From positions 8,080,343-8,144,342 of the forward strand of contig CM082597.2 in the NCBI GenBank assembly GCA_040954595.2: a DNA stretch of 64,000 bases, written 5' to 3'. The notes under the pieces are model-generated. The model searched no databases. It was not told the origin of the DNA and worked only from the letters and a program-made list of their open reading frames with translations. The translations under genes and the position numbers were made by a program. This DNA is from Balanoglossus misakiensis. Lineage: Eukaryota; Animalia; Hemichordata. This document shows positions 36,310-50,725 of the stretch, piece by piece. Within the stretch, counting starts at the first letter, position 1; the number at the start of each line of letters is the position of its first letter.

Positions 36310-36525
36310 TTATTCTATAGCACCATTTACTGTAAAATAACCAGTTAACAAAATGCATCATGGGCAAAATGTTGACTTAACTTATTCTATAGCACCATTT
36401 ACTGTAAAATAACCAGTTAACAAAATGCATCATGGGCAAAATGTTGACTTAACTTATTCTATAGCACCATTTACTGTAAAATAACCAGTTAACAAAATGC
36501 ATCATGGGCAAAATGTTGACTTAAC
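36310..36525. repeat. 72-bp tandem repeat (3 units here, 1 at ~15084, 2 at ~56044)
   Basis: Unit ttattctatagcaccatttactgtaaaataaccagttaacaaaatgcatcatgggcaaaatgttgacttaac at 36310, 36382 and 36454. Confidence 0.93.
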
Positions 36526-37298
36526 ATTGTCATTAGCATTAGAGTTTTGAACAGCGATCCATCACATGTTTCAAGTGACATTTCAATGGTCAAAGCTTTG
36601 TTGTTGCAATATGCATACACAACTTATGAAAGTTTTCACCTTTTTGATGACAAGACCAAAACATTCAAAGTCCCAGTTGCTCTAACTTTTAGCTATTTTT
36701 TTCACAGTATTTACAACTTGCATCATAGGGAGTTTGTTTTGATGCCCTACCCACTGTTTCACACAATACCTGTGTATCTGTGTCATACTGTAAAACACTT
36801 TATTTTCGCGAGTCGAAATTTTCACGATATCGAGAGAGGCCACTGTTTCGCGAGTATTAATTTTCGTGTTTCATTTCATTCACTGCATTGTTATCTTCAA
36901 AACAATTTACTAGACTTTTTATTTTCACGCTATTTTGGCTCTCGCGTATTTTGCGTAAATTTATTGCTCGCGAAAATAAAGTATTTTACAGTAGTTAAGA
37001 AGTATACAATGTATGCAAATTTAGCCACAGTTACCATGGAAAGTTGAGACATGGCCAATCAGAGATTTTGCCAACACACTTTTTACCACTTAAGGGTATA
37101 TTTCACACCACTTCTGTACCTTGCATTGTTGATGAATTATTGTTTTCAAACTTCATTACAACAATGTGCTCTCCGCCATGAATGTGCACCTTTAACCCTT
37201 TCACCACATGGTTTGATCCAAAGCCACTGTTTCCTGTGACAAAGATGGACCTCAATACAGGGATACAGGGGTGAGAGGGTTTAAACATCTGGCAAATA

Positions 37299-38151
37299 TA
37301 GTCTAGTAAATATAGGGCTAGACCCACCACAAATTGCAACAGAATTTTTTTCTTCAGAATATACTTTGGAGAGGTGTCTAGAACAACATATTAAAAATGC
37401 ACCCTATCCACCTTGTGGAAATATGTCTAATTTGCATAAATTTAATATTAGAGATTTTGGGGCCAAATATCAAGAAATAAACGCTTTTTTCCATGATTTT
37501 AAAGTTTAAAAACTATTTCATGTTCATGACAAAACATTTTGGAATAATATTTGACATGGGCAGTTTTCATAATTTGCATAAATTCAATATGGCAGACAGT
37601 ATTCCTAAAAAACATATTTGGGCTATATATTGGATACTTAGTAAGCTATTTTAGTGTTTTTAATTCAAAATTTCCTCTATGACATTTGAAACAATGTTAA
37701 AAATATCTTGTTTACATTTACACTTTATATTTTGCATAAATCCAATATTTTTTTCAAAATTGTTCCAAATGTCATAGAGGTAGTTTTGAATAAAAAAAAA
37801 CACTAGAATTGCTTGCGTATTACCCGATATACTGCCCAAATATGTTTTTTTAGGAATACTGTTCACCATATTGAATTTATGCAAATTATGAAAACTGCCC
37901 ATGTCAAATATTATTCCAAAATGGTTCTTCATGCACATGAAATATTTTTAAACTTTAAAAACATGGAAAAATCATGTTTATTTCTTGATATTTGGCCCAA
38001 AAATTATTAAATTTATGCAAATTAGACATATTTCCACAAGGTGGATTCGGGTGAATTTTTGATATGTTGTTCCGAAATATATTCTGAAAAAAAAATTATG
38101 TTGCAATTTGTGGTGGGTTAGGTGCCCAAATCTCGTAGATTTACTAGACTA
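37299..38151. mobile_element. Same Academ-like insertion, 853-bp derivative
   Basis: Same ends and TSD; centre collapsed at ~37750. Confidence 0.82.
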
Positions 38152-41100
38152 ATAGGTGATCGTAAAATTGATTTGTACTCACCACAGGACGATTTCTCCA
38201 GTCCAGCACAATCCCCTTCCTCCTGGCTTCATAGGCATAGGCAAACAATACATCACATAGACACTTTTCATGCACAGGGCATGCACACATATCAGACAAA
38301 CACAATTCATAGAACGGAGCTGGGTTTACTACACCATGGGCTGGCCGAAATAATGGTCCCTGTGTAAAACCAAACAAAAATAACAACGGATCATTTACAA
38401 TGAGAAACTGTTTAAAGGTATACGGTCACCTATGGAAAATTAGCAATAGTTACCATGGTAAATTGAGAATTAGCCAATCACACATTTTCAGTGGGTGGCA
38501 CACGCGCCACCATATGTTCTCAAATATGCCATTTCGCGATATTGAGAGAGGCCACTGTTTAGCGAGTATTAATTTTCGCGTTCTCTTATTTCATTCACTG
38601 CATTGTTATCTTCAAAAAAAATATGCAACTTTTTATTTTCATGCTATTTTAGCTCTCGTGTATTTCGCAAAAATTTATTGCTCGCAAATATAAAGTGTTT
38701 TACAGTAGTATTACTAATACATATACACTGTTTTTACTCTAAAATGCTCAAAGTAGAAAAATAGGCATGAGGAAAAGAGAGACAGCAAGACAGATGTTTG
38801 AAGTCTCTTAATTTTCCAGAATTGTCCTGTTTCCTGCAGTGACTTTCCAAGGAATTTCAGAGTTTGGATTGAAAATTGATAATACTATTACTAATGTTTC
38901 AGGAGTTAACACTGTACGAACCCTGATGCGTATATTGAAGACAGACTCTCACATTGTACAACCAAATGAACCTGGTATATGTCAGCCCTTTGAATGTGGT
39001 TACATGTTTTAAGTTGGCTAAACAATGCAGACATCTAGGTATAAAAAGGGTTAAGTTCGACCTAAAATTTGATTGACTTACCTATTTTTTGTATACTTAG
39101 ATCTGGTTCCTGCAAGTAAGGTAATTCTACCAGGCCTCCATTGACACTTACTGTCAAATCTGGCATTAGGTTGATCACCCAATCAACTAGTCTGATCTGA
39201 ATGACTTGTGTCCAGGCAACAGCAAAGGTACTCTTGCCATCATTCTGAACTATAATCTTAAAGTTATTCTGATAACAATCTTGTGATAAGACATGAGGAT
39301 CTCCAAATACAATACACGAGGCAGATTCTGTAAAAAGACGGAATGCAGAAAGACTTAAAGGCATACGCCCATATATGGCTGAAATGGCGTATTTGAGCGT
39401 TCTATAGAACACATGGTGGCACTCTTTTTTACGCGTTTGCCACCCACTGAAAATCTGTGATTGGTAGCTAGTCCTCAATTTGCCATGGTAACTATTGCTG
39501 ATTTTCCATAGATGACTGTATACCTTTGAGAGTGTCTACCGAAGAATGTTGCTATGATTGCAGCATTGTAACAACAGACGTCAAATGTTACCAAAAATTT
39601 GTAAACAAATGATATTCAAAGAATGCTTATTATTTACGTAACACATTCTGGACAGTTTTGAGGTCCCAGAATCACATTCTGTGTCTCTATTTGACTACTC
39701 TTTCTGATTGCTCACATTTGATGGTTTGAAGGACTTCCAAAGGCAATCTGACTGGCGTTGTTTCACATAACAATTTCTTATATCTCTTGCATTTTGTAAA
39801 CAAGTCCAAATCCTTAGACTGTTGCTCCCCTTTGAAATCTAGTTTTATCGACTTTGGTAACATTTCCTGGGTTTATGACACATTTTGATCACATTATGTC
39901 TAAATATGGTATAGTATGCACCCAGACATAAGTGACACACGTCAGCCTCCACTATGTTTTCGTGTAAACTTGGCAGTCAGTTTTTAATAACCTCATAATA
40001 TATTGATAATTAGACTCACTTGGAACACATTTCTGGCAGCATTCACCATCAATATGGCCGATCTCTTCTTCCTGGAAATATAAACAACAAATGAATTATT
40101 ACCACAGTAAATACAAATTGTATATCCACTGAGAAGACACACAATAAAACATCTATAGCACAGTGTCTTCAAATTTTTAATACAGAGAAACCTGTCTATT
40201 AAAGACACCTTCAGGAACAGAAAGACTGTCCTTATTGCAGAGGTGTCCTTAATGACAGATTTCACTGTAATTGTATAGAACAAATTTGAAATGGGTAAAA
40301 TGCAAGTAAATGCAACATCCCTCTTCCATAATACTGAACCTTATAAACGAATGTGCCGCTATTTAGAATTAACATATAACAAATTTATCATTTCTGTTCA
40401 GAACAGTGATTGTGAATTGATCAATTTCTGATGGACACTTGAATGAAGTACATTTATTTCAGATGCTAAACAATTGAGAAAGTTGTTTGGTTTGTTTGGT
40501 TTGATTACTACAAAAGGGCTGTCTTGAAAATCCAAATAATGAGAACTAATACAAAAGGGCTTTCTTGAAAAAAAAGAAATGATGAGAATTCTTTAATATG
40601 TTTTATGGAGTTGACCAAGAAACCTCAGTTGATACCCAAAACAAAAATATTCAGAAAACAGCACAAAGTTAGAGTTACTTGTCCTTTAAAACTATTGCTC
40701 TCAGGCCCATACAGTAAAACAAAGCAAAACTGTAGTCTGACCATACACTATTGAATTCATGACTGATAAACTTACCGCTGAGCAAGTCAAAGGTTGACAG
40801 ACTTCTTGAACGCAGCTCTCTTTACCATTGAAGCAATCACAGATGTCGCACCCCACATGCCAAGTTTCACCAGACTGAAAAGTGAAACTTCAAATTTTGC
40901 TGGAAACCCGGTATGCAGATCGTGTGTGTATAATTGGTCTGTCATAATTAACCCTAATGCTACTGGGTGTCATACCTGTTCAGAGTCTCAAGTCCCTTAA
41001 ATAAAATACGTATTTGCCATTTTATCTTCTATAATGTATTTTGACTGTCTTGACATGGCTCTCATACGTACCTAGACACACTTGGCAGTCTGAACCTCCC

Positions 41101-44100
41101 AGAAAATGAACCAAATTGCACTGGTTTGTACTGTATTGGTCTGAGGGTCTTGGATAGGCCCTACTGATTAACACGCACTTGGCAGTCTAACAGGCCTGGG
41201 AGCCAGGATTCTAGGCACCTTTCAACTGACTTGGCAGCGTTAGTGTTAATTTACATTTCATTATACATTTGCTGTGCTACACTTATGACCATTCTCTTTA
41301 CCTCTCTCCTATTTCCACTTGGTTTTTTGCAGATTACTTGCATGATAATGCGTACCAAACAAATAAAAAGAGGTGTATGCCACTTGGTGCAAAGACTGGC
41401 ATAAATTGCTGATGAGCTAACACCAATGGCACAGCTCGTCTTGCATTGTGAAGTCTCAGCAGAATCCATTTTTGCAGAAAATTTATCATATATCTTAGAA
41501 ATTAAATTGTTACCTGATATCTCCTGCCTTTGTACATACAATAAGATTCCACAGTACATTTTGGACAGCAACTGCCATGTGGTAAAATCTGGTTTTCTAG
41601 ATCACAGTTGATTTGTTCACAATTGGGTCTTTCACAGGTTACCTCGCCATCCTTAACAGAAATTCAGAAAACATTGTATGACATAAAACAGGTTGACAGA
41701 GAGGATGAAATGTTTTCAATAATCTGTACAGTGAATATACAGGAAAAATAGCAACATTATTCAACAAGTTATACAAGTTATGTGAAAATGTTGCATCAAA
41801 CTTTGATAGGGAAAATGTGCCATTCAAAGTGTTTGCTTGCAGGTACTGAACCATTTTCAGAATTTTCGATAAATTTTCAGAATTTCTTTGAAATCTTAGG
41901 TTTTCTTCAACAGACATAAGTGTTTCCAACACCTTGATGTTTTCAAAAAGAGAAAGTATTATTTTTGAAATGTGGAATTACTGTAAAACATGTTATTTTC
42001 GTGAGCAATAAATTTTTAGCGAAATACGCGAGAACCAAAATAGCGTGAAAATAAAAAGTGGCATAAATTTTTTGCGAAGATAATGATGCAGTGAATGAAA
42101 TAAGAGAACGCGAAAATTAATACTAGCGAAACAGTGGCCTCTCTCGATATCGCGAAAATTTCAACTCGCAAAAATAAAGTGTTTTACAGTAGTTTGGAAC
42201 ACGGTTATAATAATAAACTACACGCAAAAAACATTAGAGGTTCACCAGAAGACGAAGTGTTAGATCAGAAACTTACCAGACATGTGCAAAGGCTGCAAGG
42301 ATCAGCCAATGGAACAAACTGTTCACCAGTTTTGTAAATCTGATTCTCAAAGCTACATTCCAAAGGACCTGTAAATGGAACATGACAACTGGTGGTATTA
42401 TCTAGAGGAAGTGGAAAGTCACTGACTTCTGAAATGTTCTGAATACTAGTACTCTCTTAAAGGCAATAGATCGTCTCACGCGCATGTGTGTAACTTCCCA
42501 GCAAATTTTCCGTTCGATGCATTCAAATAGTGGACTGCCTTCGCTTCCTTCCATATTTCATGCGCACCGTATAAGTAGATTCTGGTTTTGTCCCTCCTTT
42601 TTACCCAAGCTGGTGTTTTCTCACGATCTCCGACATAGATTATGGTCGCCGCCATCTTGTCTGTTGTTAGGACAGAGCACTGCCTTAAGGGATTGACTGT
42701 TCACTAAATGTCTGTAACCAGCGGCTACAGCTGGAACATGCGTGTGAGACGAGCTAGGTGCTTTAAAGGGCAGTGATCATCTTATGCGCATGTGCCAAAC
42801 CAGAGACTCTGGTTACATAAATTGTATACAGTCATTGCCGTAAGGCAGTGTGCTGTCCTGACAACAGACAAGATGGCGGCAACCATAATCTGTGAGTGAT
42901 TGGGAAAAACAGCAAATTGGATGAAAAGAAGGGACAAAACTAAAGTCTGGGTGAACATGAAATATAGAAGAAAGCGAAGGCAGTCCACTATTTGAATGTA
43001 TTGAATGCAAACTTTGCACAACACTTGGATTGGATGTAATGTTTGGACACATGAAATACACACATGTGCTTAAGACGATCATTGGCCTTTTACAGTTGTC
43101 ACTGTGAGCAATAAATTGTATCAAGGAATACATACGCTCAATTGTATTGAAACTTTTTGTGTTGTAAAAAGTTACCACAGACACGCATTGCATGATTGAA
43201 CACCATATGTTGATGTACATAAAAAAAACTTACTTGCACAGCGTGGACAGCATTCACCTGCATCACATAGGATTCTATCTTCGTTACATTCTAACTCAGG
43301 ACACAATTTGACATCACATGAAACATGACCATCCTGACAGAAAATACACACACAGACAATAAGACAACAACTCATATGGTTATCAATTGATCATACACTT
43401 GTTAAAATTCACACACAAACATATTTATCAACATCAGTAAAAATTGAACGATGAATGCTGGACCGGTTTTACAATTCACCACTTTTGATTGCGATTGACA
43501 CTTTTTTAAATCAAAGTATTTTATTTTCTTTGCAACAGCTTTGTGGATGTCTAACTGCTGGGAGATCTAACTTCAACCCTTACGCCAACATGGTTGGTCC
43601 AAATCCATTGTTTTCTATGGTAAAGTTGGACTTCCAAACAGGGAAATGGGGTTAAAGGTTAAAATACATGTAAGACTTGCATCTGGGTTATTCACTTACC
43701 ATACATATACATGATGTACAAGGATTGAGTTTAAATTCTGTGCCATTCTGATATACAATGCCTGTTGTATTATTCTCACAAACTCTTTCCAAAGGCTCTC
43801 CTATATAGGATAAAGAAAACATTATAAAGATACACATATTCACAAGAGAGCATGATTGATGTGAGTTCACATGAGTCTCAAAGCCAATCAGAGTGTACAA
43901 CTTTCAGACCATTCATCTCATGGTTCATTTCCAGGAAATGCAAGTTTTTTTCAATAGTTTTCCAGGGCTTTCAGTAAAAAAAATTCAATTTTCTGATTTT
44001 TTTTTCATTAGTTTTCTATGACTTTTGAAGCCAACAACTGACATTTCCTGAGAGTGATTATGCAGATGACATATCAAAAACATCAACAATATTGCAGGAC

Positions 44101-45429
44101 TTTCAGGAATGAATTTCATTTTTATATTTCTGTCTCTTCAACAAGTGTATAAACTTTGTCAATATTGTCAGAATTTTTTTTACACAGAGTTTAAAAAACA
44201 CTGACCTGTACATGTTGGGCAACATGCAGAGTTTTCTACTGTGACTCTCTCTGGAGGACAATTCAGTGTTGGTAGACACAGCAATATTCCTTCCTGTAAA
44301 CACAAGTTATATGATTCAATCTGGTGTATGTGCACCGTAATGGTCGCCTTAAATAGGTTCCACTTTGCGCTAGGGGGTCAAATCACATTGCATTCTGGGG
44401 CAAAAGTCGACAACCCACTGTAGTAAAAGATAGAAGAAATGATATTTTTACTGTATTTCATGACTTTCTCTGGTCAAACATGTCTGTCTTTGTAGTTACC
44501 ATATTAAACTCATTAAACTTTTTTCACATTTTGTTATTTTTTCTGTTACAAAGTTTCGAAATGACCCACCTACACTTTAGCTTATGAACTCCCATTTTTT
44601 AAACATGGCAAAAAACGGCCATCTTGAATTGCGTCGACCATTTGAGATTTTCACCACTCACTTAGGTAGCTTAAAACCTATTTAAGGTAGGGAGAATTAT
44701 CATACACTGGCATCATGTTCCTATTTAACTTCATGCGAAAGAGAGCCCTCACATCCATGCATTTTTTATGTATCATGCACGGCCTGGCTGCCCAATTAAG
44801 ATCACTGCCATGCATTTCTGAACTGTTTTTGTTCTTGTGGTACACACTTTGCTATCCTTAAAAAATTCTTATGAAAACACACCAGAATGAGATTTTAACC
44901 TGTTTTTTTTTAGTGCTTTGATCGTAGCACAGAGTAAAAAGCTCTCAAGAAATTCATTGTCTCTTCAAAGCTGATACAATTATTTTACATCTTTATATCC
45001 TTTTTGTTCATGATGAATTTCTGTCTATGGTTAATGGAACAAAAATTGTCATTTGTTGAATATAAATTAGTTGTTGTTTCATTTGTAGTTTAATGCTCTG
45101 TTTCCTTGACAACACAAATTAAAGTTGTCATTATAAATATTGTATACACATGTTGGTTGTAATTGGAGAATAAGACAAGAATTTGCACATTAAGATGTCC
45201 ACCTTACCGAACACTGGCATTCCAAACATTGGTCGTCATCTGGTTTAAAAATAGCACTTTCCTTATAAGTGACACCTCTGAATTCACAACCAATACATGC
45301 TTGACAACACTGGTTTGGTACTCGCACTGGGTTCTCACACGGTGCTGGACATGTGACAGTTGTACAGGAGATGTCTTGGTCCTGTCAACACAAGAAACAA
45401 AAACGTCCAAGTTACAAACAAGAGAAGTA

Positions 45430-45638
45430 GTGTAAAACACTTTATTTTCGCGAGTTGAAATTTTCGCGATATTGAAAGCTGCCACTGTTTTGCGAGTATT
45501 AATTTTCACGTTCTCTTATTTATATTCACTCCATTGTTATCTTCAAAAAATATTTACGCTACTTTTTATTTTCACGTTATTTTGGCTCTTGCGTATTCCG
45601 CAAAAATGTATTGCTCGCGAAAATAAAGTGTTTTGCAG
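45430..45638. mobile_element. MITE family A copy present only in copy C
   Basis: TA duplication; empty site 'gaagtatgtaaag' at ~4275 and ~24356. Confidence 0.9.
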
Positions 45639-48600
45639 TATGTAAAGTACACTAGCTACACAAGATAGCATAATCTTGTTAGATAACAAGATTAAAAATT
45701 ATTATATAAATAGCCAAAAGTACAGATCTAGAAATCTAATTACTGAGATATATGACAAGAAGCAAAGATCCACAAAAAATGAAAGCTCATCAGAACAGCA
45801 GAATGTGACACTGTACACTGTGTTGCTGCACAGAAAAATCTTGGCATGAACACACTGCATGTGCTTATAACAATCAAAGCCAAAAGTGCTCTGCATGTGC
45901 TTATAACAATCAAAGCCAAAAGTGCCTAACACAAGATATATTATTCATTAAAGGGACAAAGTCTCTCTTCTTCCCCATTTTTAATTAATTATGTTTGATA
46001 CAAGACACCGTTTATGTTATTCTACATGTGGATTTATAGGGAATCGACGTTCAACCACACACTACTTCCATCCCACTTGTAGACGATAGGGGAAAATCTC
46101 GCCAAAATGAATAATCAGTCTCTACCATTTATTCATTTTGGGCGAGTTTTTATTTTCATATCATACAAGCGGGATGGAAGTTGTGTGTGGTTGAACGTTC
46201 ATTCACTACATGTACATATACACATGTACATTAACATAACCAGTGTCTTATATCAGATATAATTAATTGGAAAGGGGCAGCGTCCCTTTAAACCCACCAA
46301 TCAAAGTAACTTACATCACATATACATGTTGTACAGGGATCATCTTGAAGAGTCCACATGTCACCATGGTGATACGTTGTGCCATCAATGACCCGACAGT
46401 CTAAACAAAGAGACAAAGAAGACACTTTATACAGTGCTATGTCGCTCTGGTTGAAGACATGATGATATGGCCAACAGGAATACCAGTATCTGGGTGTTCA
46501 AATTATATAGAATTCTTCTGTTTTGCGGTATTAAAATTGTTTTTTATATTTTGTCATTTTTCTGATCAATATACTGGTATTGTGTAAAATTCGATTGATT
46601 GATTGGTGTGTGCTTTGTTCACAGCCTGAGCACTTACTCAGCAATTGATAACCCATACAGGAAAGATCACAACAAGTGATGACACATTGAGGAGAGATCA
46701 CAACAAGTGATGACTCATAGAGGAGGAAGCACAGCATGTGATGACTCATCTAACCTGTCCACTTACCTAGACATTTAGGACAGCACTGCCCTGGTACACA
46801 TGCAAAATTAAAGATGTTGTGGCTTCACACACTGTTAAATTACAAGTCAAAGTACCATCCTGTAAATACAAATTATTTAATGGGTTATTATTATAGAAAT
46901 TATGGACGACCATTGACCCTGACCCTGACCATTGATACTTTTAATAGTGAAGGAATGTATGTGTGCACCAATGTTCATGATGCATGTAGACTAGACAATG
47001 TTTCTCCTACGTGTATTAGTGGAACATTTTTGTTTGGGTTATAAGGTCTCTGTACGTATGATTTTTAGTTTGTATGCATTTTTCCATAGCTTATGCGTAC
47101 AGTGTAGGTAACTCGAAAAAAAAAAAAAAACCTTAAGTCTTGGCATGAACACACGGCGTGTGCTTATAACCCTCAAAGCCAAAAGTGCTTTAACACAAGA
47201 TGTATTCTTCATTAAAAGGACAAAGTCTCTCTCTCGCAGCCCTTTATCCATTAATTATGTTTGATACAAGACACCGTTTATGTTATTGTACATGTGGATA
47301 TATAATGAATCAAAGTTCAACCACCCACAATTTCTATCCCGTTTGTAGACACGAGAGTGAAAACTCGCCGAAATAAATAATTGGTCTCTACCATTTATCC
47401 ATTTTGGGCGAGTTTTTACTCTCATATCCTACAAACGGGACGGAAGTTGTGTGTGGTTGAAAGTTGATTCACTGCATGTATATATCCACATGTAGAATAA
47501 CATAAACAATGTCTTGTATCAAACATAATTAATGGAAAGGGGCAGCTAGAGAGAGACTTTGTGCAGTGATGAGAACTTACCAGACACAGGCAGGATCTAC
47601 ACACATCACCAAGAGGGTTGAAGCGATCACCATCGTCATACAAGATATTATTGTATTCACACAGACTACAGTCTGGACAGCAATCAGAAGCTGTGTACAG
47701 TCCATGCTCACATGTTACTGGGCACTCTAATTCTGTACAGGTAATCTTGGAATCAGGCTGAAAGAGGAACGACAACAATCAGGTTCATACTATAAAACAC
47801 TTTACTTTCACGAGTTGAAATTTTCACGATATCGAGAGAGGCCACTGTTTCGCGAGTATTAATTTTCACATTCTCTTATTTCATTCACTGCATCGTTATC
47901 TTCAAGAAAATGTTATGTGACTTTTTATTTTCACACCATTTTGGCTCTCGTGTATTTCGCAAAAATTTATTGCTCGCAAAAAAAAAGTATTTTACAGTAT
48001 CAGTTAGCCATACCGTCTTTTCCAAAACATGGTGATGTACAGGTTTTTAATCAAATTCTATTTTGGTTTCGTTAAATGTCGTTAAAATAATGTTATGTAG
48101 TAGTCGTGTATTTTGCTGCCTTCATGGCAAGTCGACTGAGATCAAATCATCTGGAAAACAGGAAAACAATGGCTCTGTTTCTGGGACTGTCTGTAGCACT
48201 TTGGCTGAAGTAGGAGCTTATTTATTTATGTTTACTTTTACAGTGGATTATATTTACTGACAAGTTTAGTTACAGAAATAAATGTGTTTTTAATTTGACA
48301 ACTATTGTTATTTTCACTGTCACCCAACCTCGGTTTGGTTTGATTTGAAGCATCAGAGTAATGAAATAATGGGAATGATTCAACAATTAAATTTCAACGG
48401 GTTGGCCAGGGGTTTTGGCAAAACTAAAAAAAATATTTTTTTTACCAGACTTTGAACTTCTGACATCATCTATAAGTTGACATACCTGACATGTACATTG
48501 CAGACACAGGTCAAATTCTGTACACATTTGTCCAGGTTGATACTCTGTACCATCCCCTGCCACACATACTGGATCTACCAATAAAGTTCAAATACACATT

Positions 48601-49077
48601 GTTGAGATGGAAATTGTTACATTCCCATGCAGTCCACTGAAGGGGTCCAGTGTGTAACCCATTGCATGGATTGGTTACGCAAAGTGCCCTCATGTGACAA
48701 ACTTCAGTCTAGATTAGTTTTTCCTTCGTTGAACTTGAAGATAACTTTAAAGAGACAAAAAGTTTCTCTCTCGCTGCCCTTTTACCATTAATAATGTTTG
48801 ACACAAGACACGGTTTATGTTATTCTACATGTGGATAGATATAACTTTATTTATTTATAAAAATTAATAAAAAATAAATAAATAAATAAACTTCCATTCC
48901 ATATGTAGCATATGAGAATAAAAATCTCGCCAAAATGAATAAATGGTAAACACCGATTATTCATGTTGGCGAGTTTTTTCACTCTTGTCTACAAGTAGAA
49001 TGGAAGTTGTGTGTGGTCGAATGTTGATTCACAATACACGTATATCCACATGTAGAATAACATAACAGTTTCTTGTC

Positions 49078-50631
49078 TTCTTCAAAACGAAAGGGTTATG
49101 GGTAGGTTCCTGGAAAAATAAACCGGAAGTGTATGCCGGTATTAAGTGGCCAAGTCAGCCAATTAAATCTCTTGGTACTTTCTTTTCAAATGACCCAGCA
49201 ACTGGTATCGATGCTATCTTAAATAATAAGTGTTTGTCCATTGAAAGTTTACTAACTCAGTGGTCTCTCAGGAGACTGACTTTTTTTGGTAAAATCACTG
49301 TTATAAAATCTCTTGCTGTAGCGAAAATTGTGTATCTTCTAAACACTTGTAATGTTCCGTGTACATTCTTAAAACGCTTGGAAAAACTTTTTTTCAACTT
49401 TTTATGGAGTTCCAAAACTGACAAGATAAAGCGTGACACCATCATAGGTGACTATAATCAAGGTGGTTTGAAAATGCTTGATATTTTTTCCCAATACAAG
49501 TCATTTCTTTCATCCTGGGTAACGCGGCTTTTGACAAATGAAGGGAATAACTGTGTACCATCATGGAAATGTATTCCGTTATTTTATTTACATAGACTGA
49601 ATCTGGATAAGGTTATTTTTCATATGAATCTTGAGGACCCCATACACTGTCCTGATTTAGAAGGGTTGCCATTTTTTTACAAACAATGTATACTTGCATG
49701 GCATGAAGCTGGCGGTGGGTACATTGTACCTAATGACGCCAAAGATGTTATGAAGCAAGTTATCTGGTGTAACAAGCATATACGCTTTAAAGGCAAGACT
49801 CTGTACTTTAAGCACTGGATTAAAGCGGGTATTTTATTCCTTGGCGACATTGTAGATTCAGATGGAACGTTTCGGTCTGATTGGATTTCGAGTAACCTAC
49901 GTTATAAGCATAATCTGGTTTCAGAGTTATTTATGTTGTACAACGCAGTTCCAAGGCATTGGTGTGAACTGGTGAGACAGTCGAATATGATATTTAATTT
50001 GACCACTACTACTTTGCCGACACCTACTGTTTTTTTAAATCACAAATGTCTGTACAAGTCCGCTTTGTGTGTTACTACTAATGAATTTTACTGGACTTTT
50101 GTCCATAAGAAATTTAAAAGACCATGGATTCCTAACATGTGGAACAGAGTCCTTAATTTGGGACCTGAGCTGAATTGGTCTCATCTATGGTATTATCGTA
50201 TTATACAGTTAACTCCAGAAAGAAAATTGTCAAATTTTATGTATAAATTTATGTATGATATTCTTCCAAATGATGCAAATCTGTATAAATGGAAATTAGC
50301 TAGAACAAAAAACTGTAACATTTGTAATGTAACAAATGATATCTTCCATATGTTTATTACGTGCGATAGAGTAACTCTGTTTTGGAAAGAATTTCATGAC
50401 TTTCTGTTAAACACACAAAACTGCCATGTAGAAATCTGTATGAGAAATCTATTGTGTGGCTTTGAACAGCATGACAAATATGTCAACCTCTTATTAATCA
50501 TAGCTATGTTTACAATCTACAAATCATGGATAATGTACAAGGAAACAGAAAACCTCAGTAAAATAAACATCTTTGACCTTTTTATGGTTGAACTAAAAAT
50601 TAGACAGGAAAATGAATGCTACCGTCCTTAA
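49078..50631 (+). CDS. C-terminal part of LINE ORF2 (end of RT, RT-associated CCHC zinc knuckle); no true start codon
   Basis: Open frame from the insertion boundary: KTKGLWVG, WSLRRLTFFGKITVIKSL, FLWSSK, GGLKM, CNIC...DIFHMFITC. Confidence 0.9.
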   Translation, partial: FFKTKGLWVGSWKNKPEVYAGIKWPSQPIKSLGTFFSNDPATGIDAILNNKCLSIESLLTQWSLRRLTFFGKITVIKSLAVAKIVYLLNTCNVPCTFLKRLEKLFFNFLWSSKTDKIKRDTIIGDYNQGGLKMLDIFSQYKSFLSSWVTRLLTNEGNNCVPSWKCIPLFYLHRLNLDKVIFHMNLEDPIHCPDLEGLPFFYKQCILAWHEAGGGYIVPNDAKDVMKQVIWCNKHIRFKGKTLYFKHWIKAGILFLGDIVDSDGTFRSDWISSNLRYKHNLVSELFMLYNAVPRHWCELVRQSNMIFNLTTTTLPTPTVFLNHKCLYKSALCVTTNEFYWTFVHKKFKRPWIPNMWNRVLNLGPELNWSHLWYYRIIQLTPERKLSNFMYKFMYDILPNDANLYKWKLARTKNCNICNVTNDIFHMFITCDRVTLFWKEFHDFLLNTQNCHVEICMRNLLCGFEQHDKYVNLLLIIAMFTIYKSWIMYKETENLSKINIFDLFMVELKIRQENECYRP

Positions 50632-50683
50632 GTTAGATATTTATTTACATTAATTGACATGTATACTTCTTGCTCTGTCTAAA

Positions 50684-50722
<39 letters not shown>
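49078..50722 (+). mobile_element. 5'-truncated L1/Tx1-clade LINE with poly(A) tail (copy C only)
   Basis: Perfect 16-bp TSD ATAACAGTTTCTTGTC (49062-49077 and 50723-50738), AATAAA followed by a pure A run, and an empty site at ~27761. Confidence 0.95.

Positions 50723-50725
<3 letters not shown>

Larger units (their letters stand above)
20095..41152. repeat. Tandem segmental duplication unit 2 (~21.1 kb)
   Basis: Colinear, near-identical copy of unit 1 with a different central segment (~26710-33075). Confidence 0.98.

Noticed and set aside
49129-50631. 500-aa ORF as a host gene or novel enzyme
   Set aside because: It is the 3' part of a LINE ORF2 bounded by a TSD and poly(A); the GTG start is not real.
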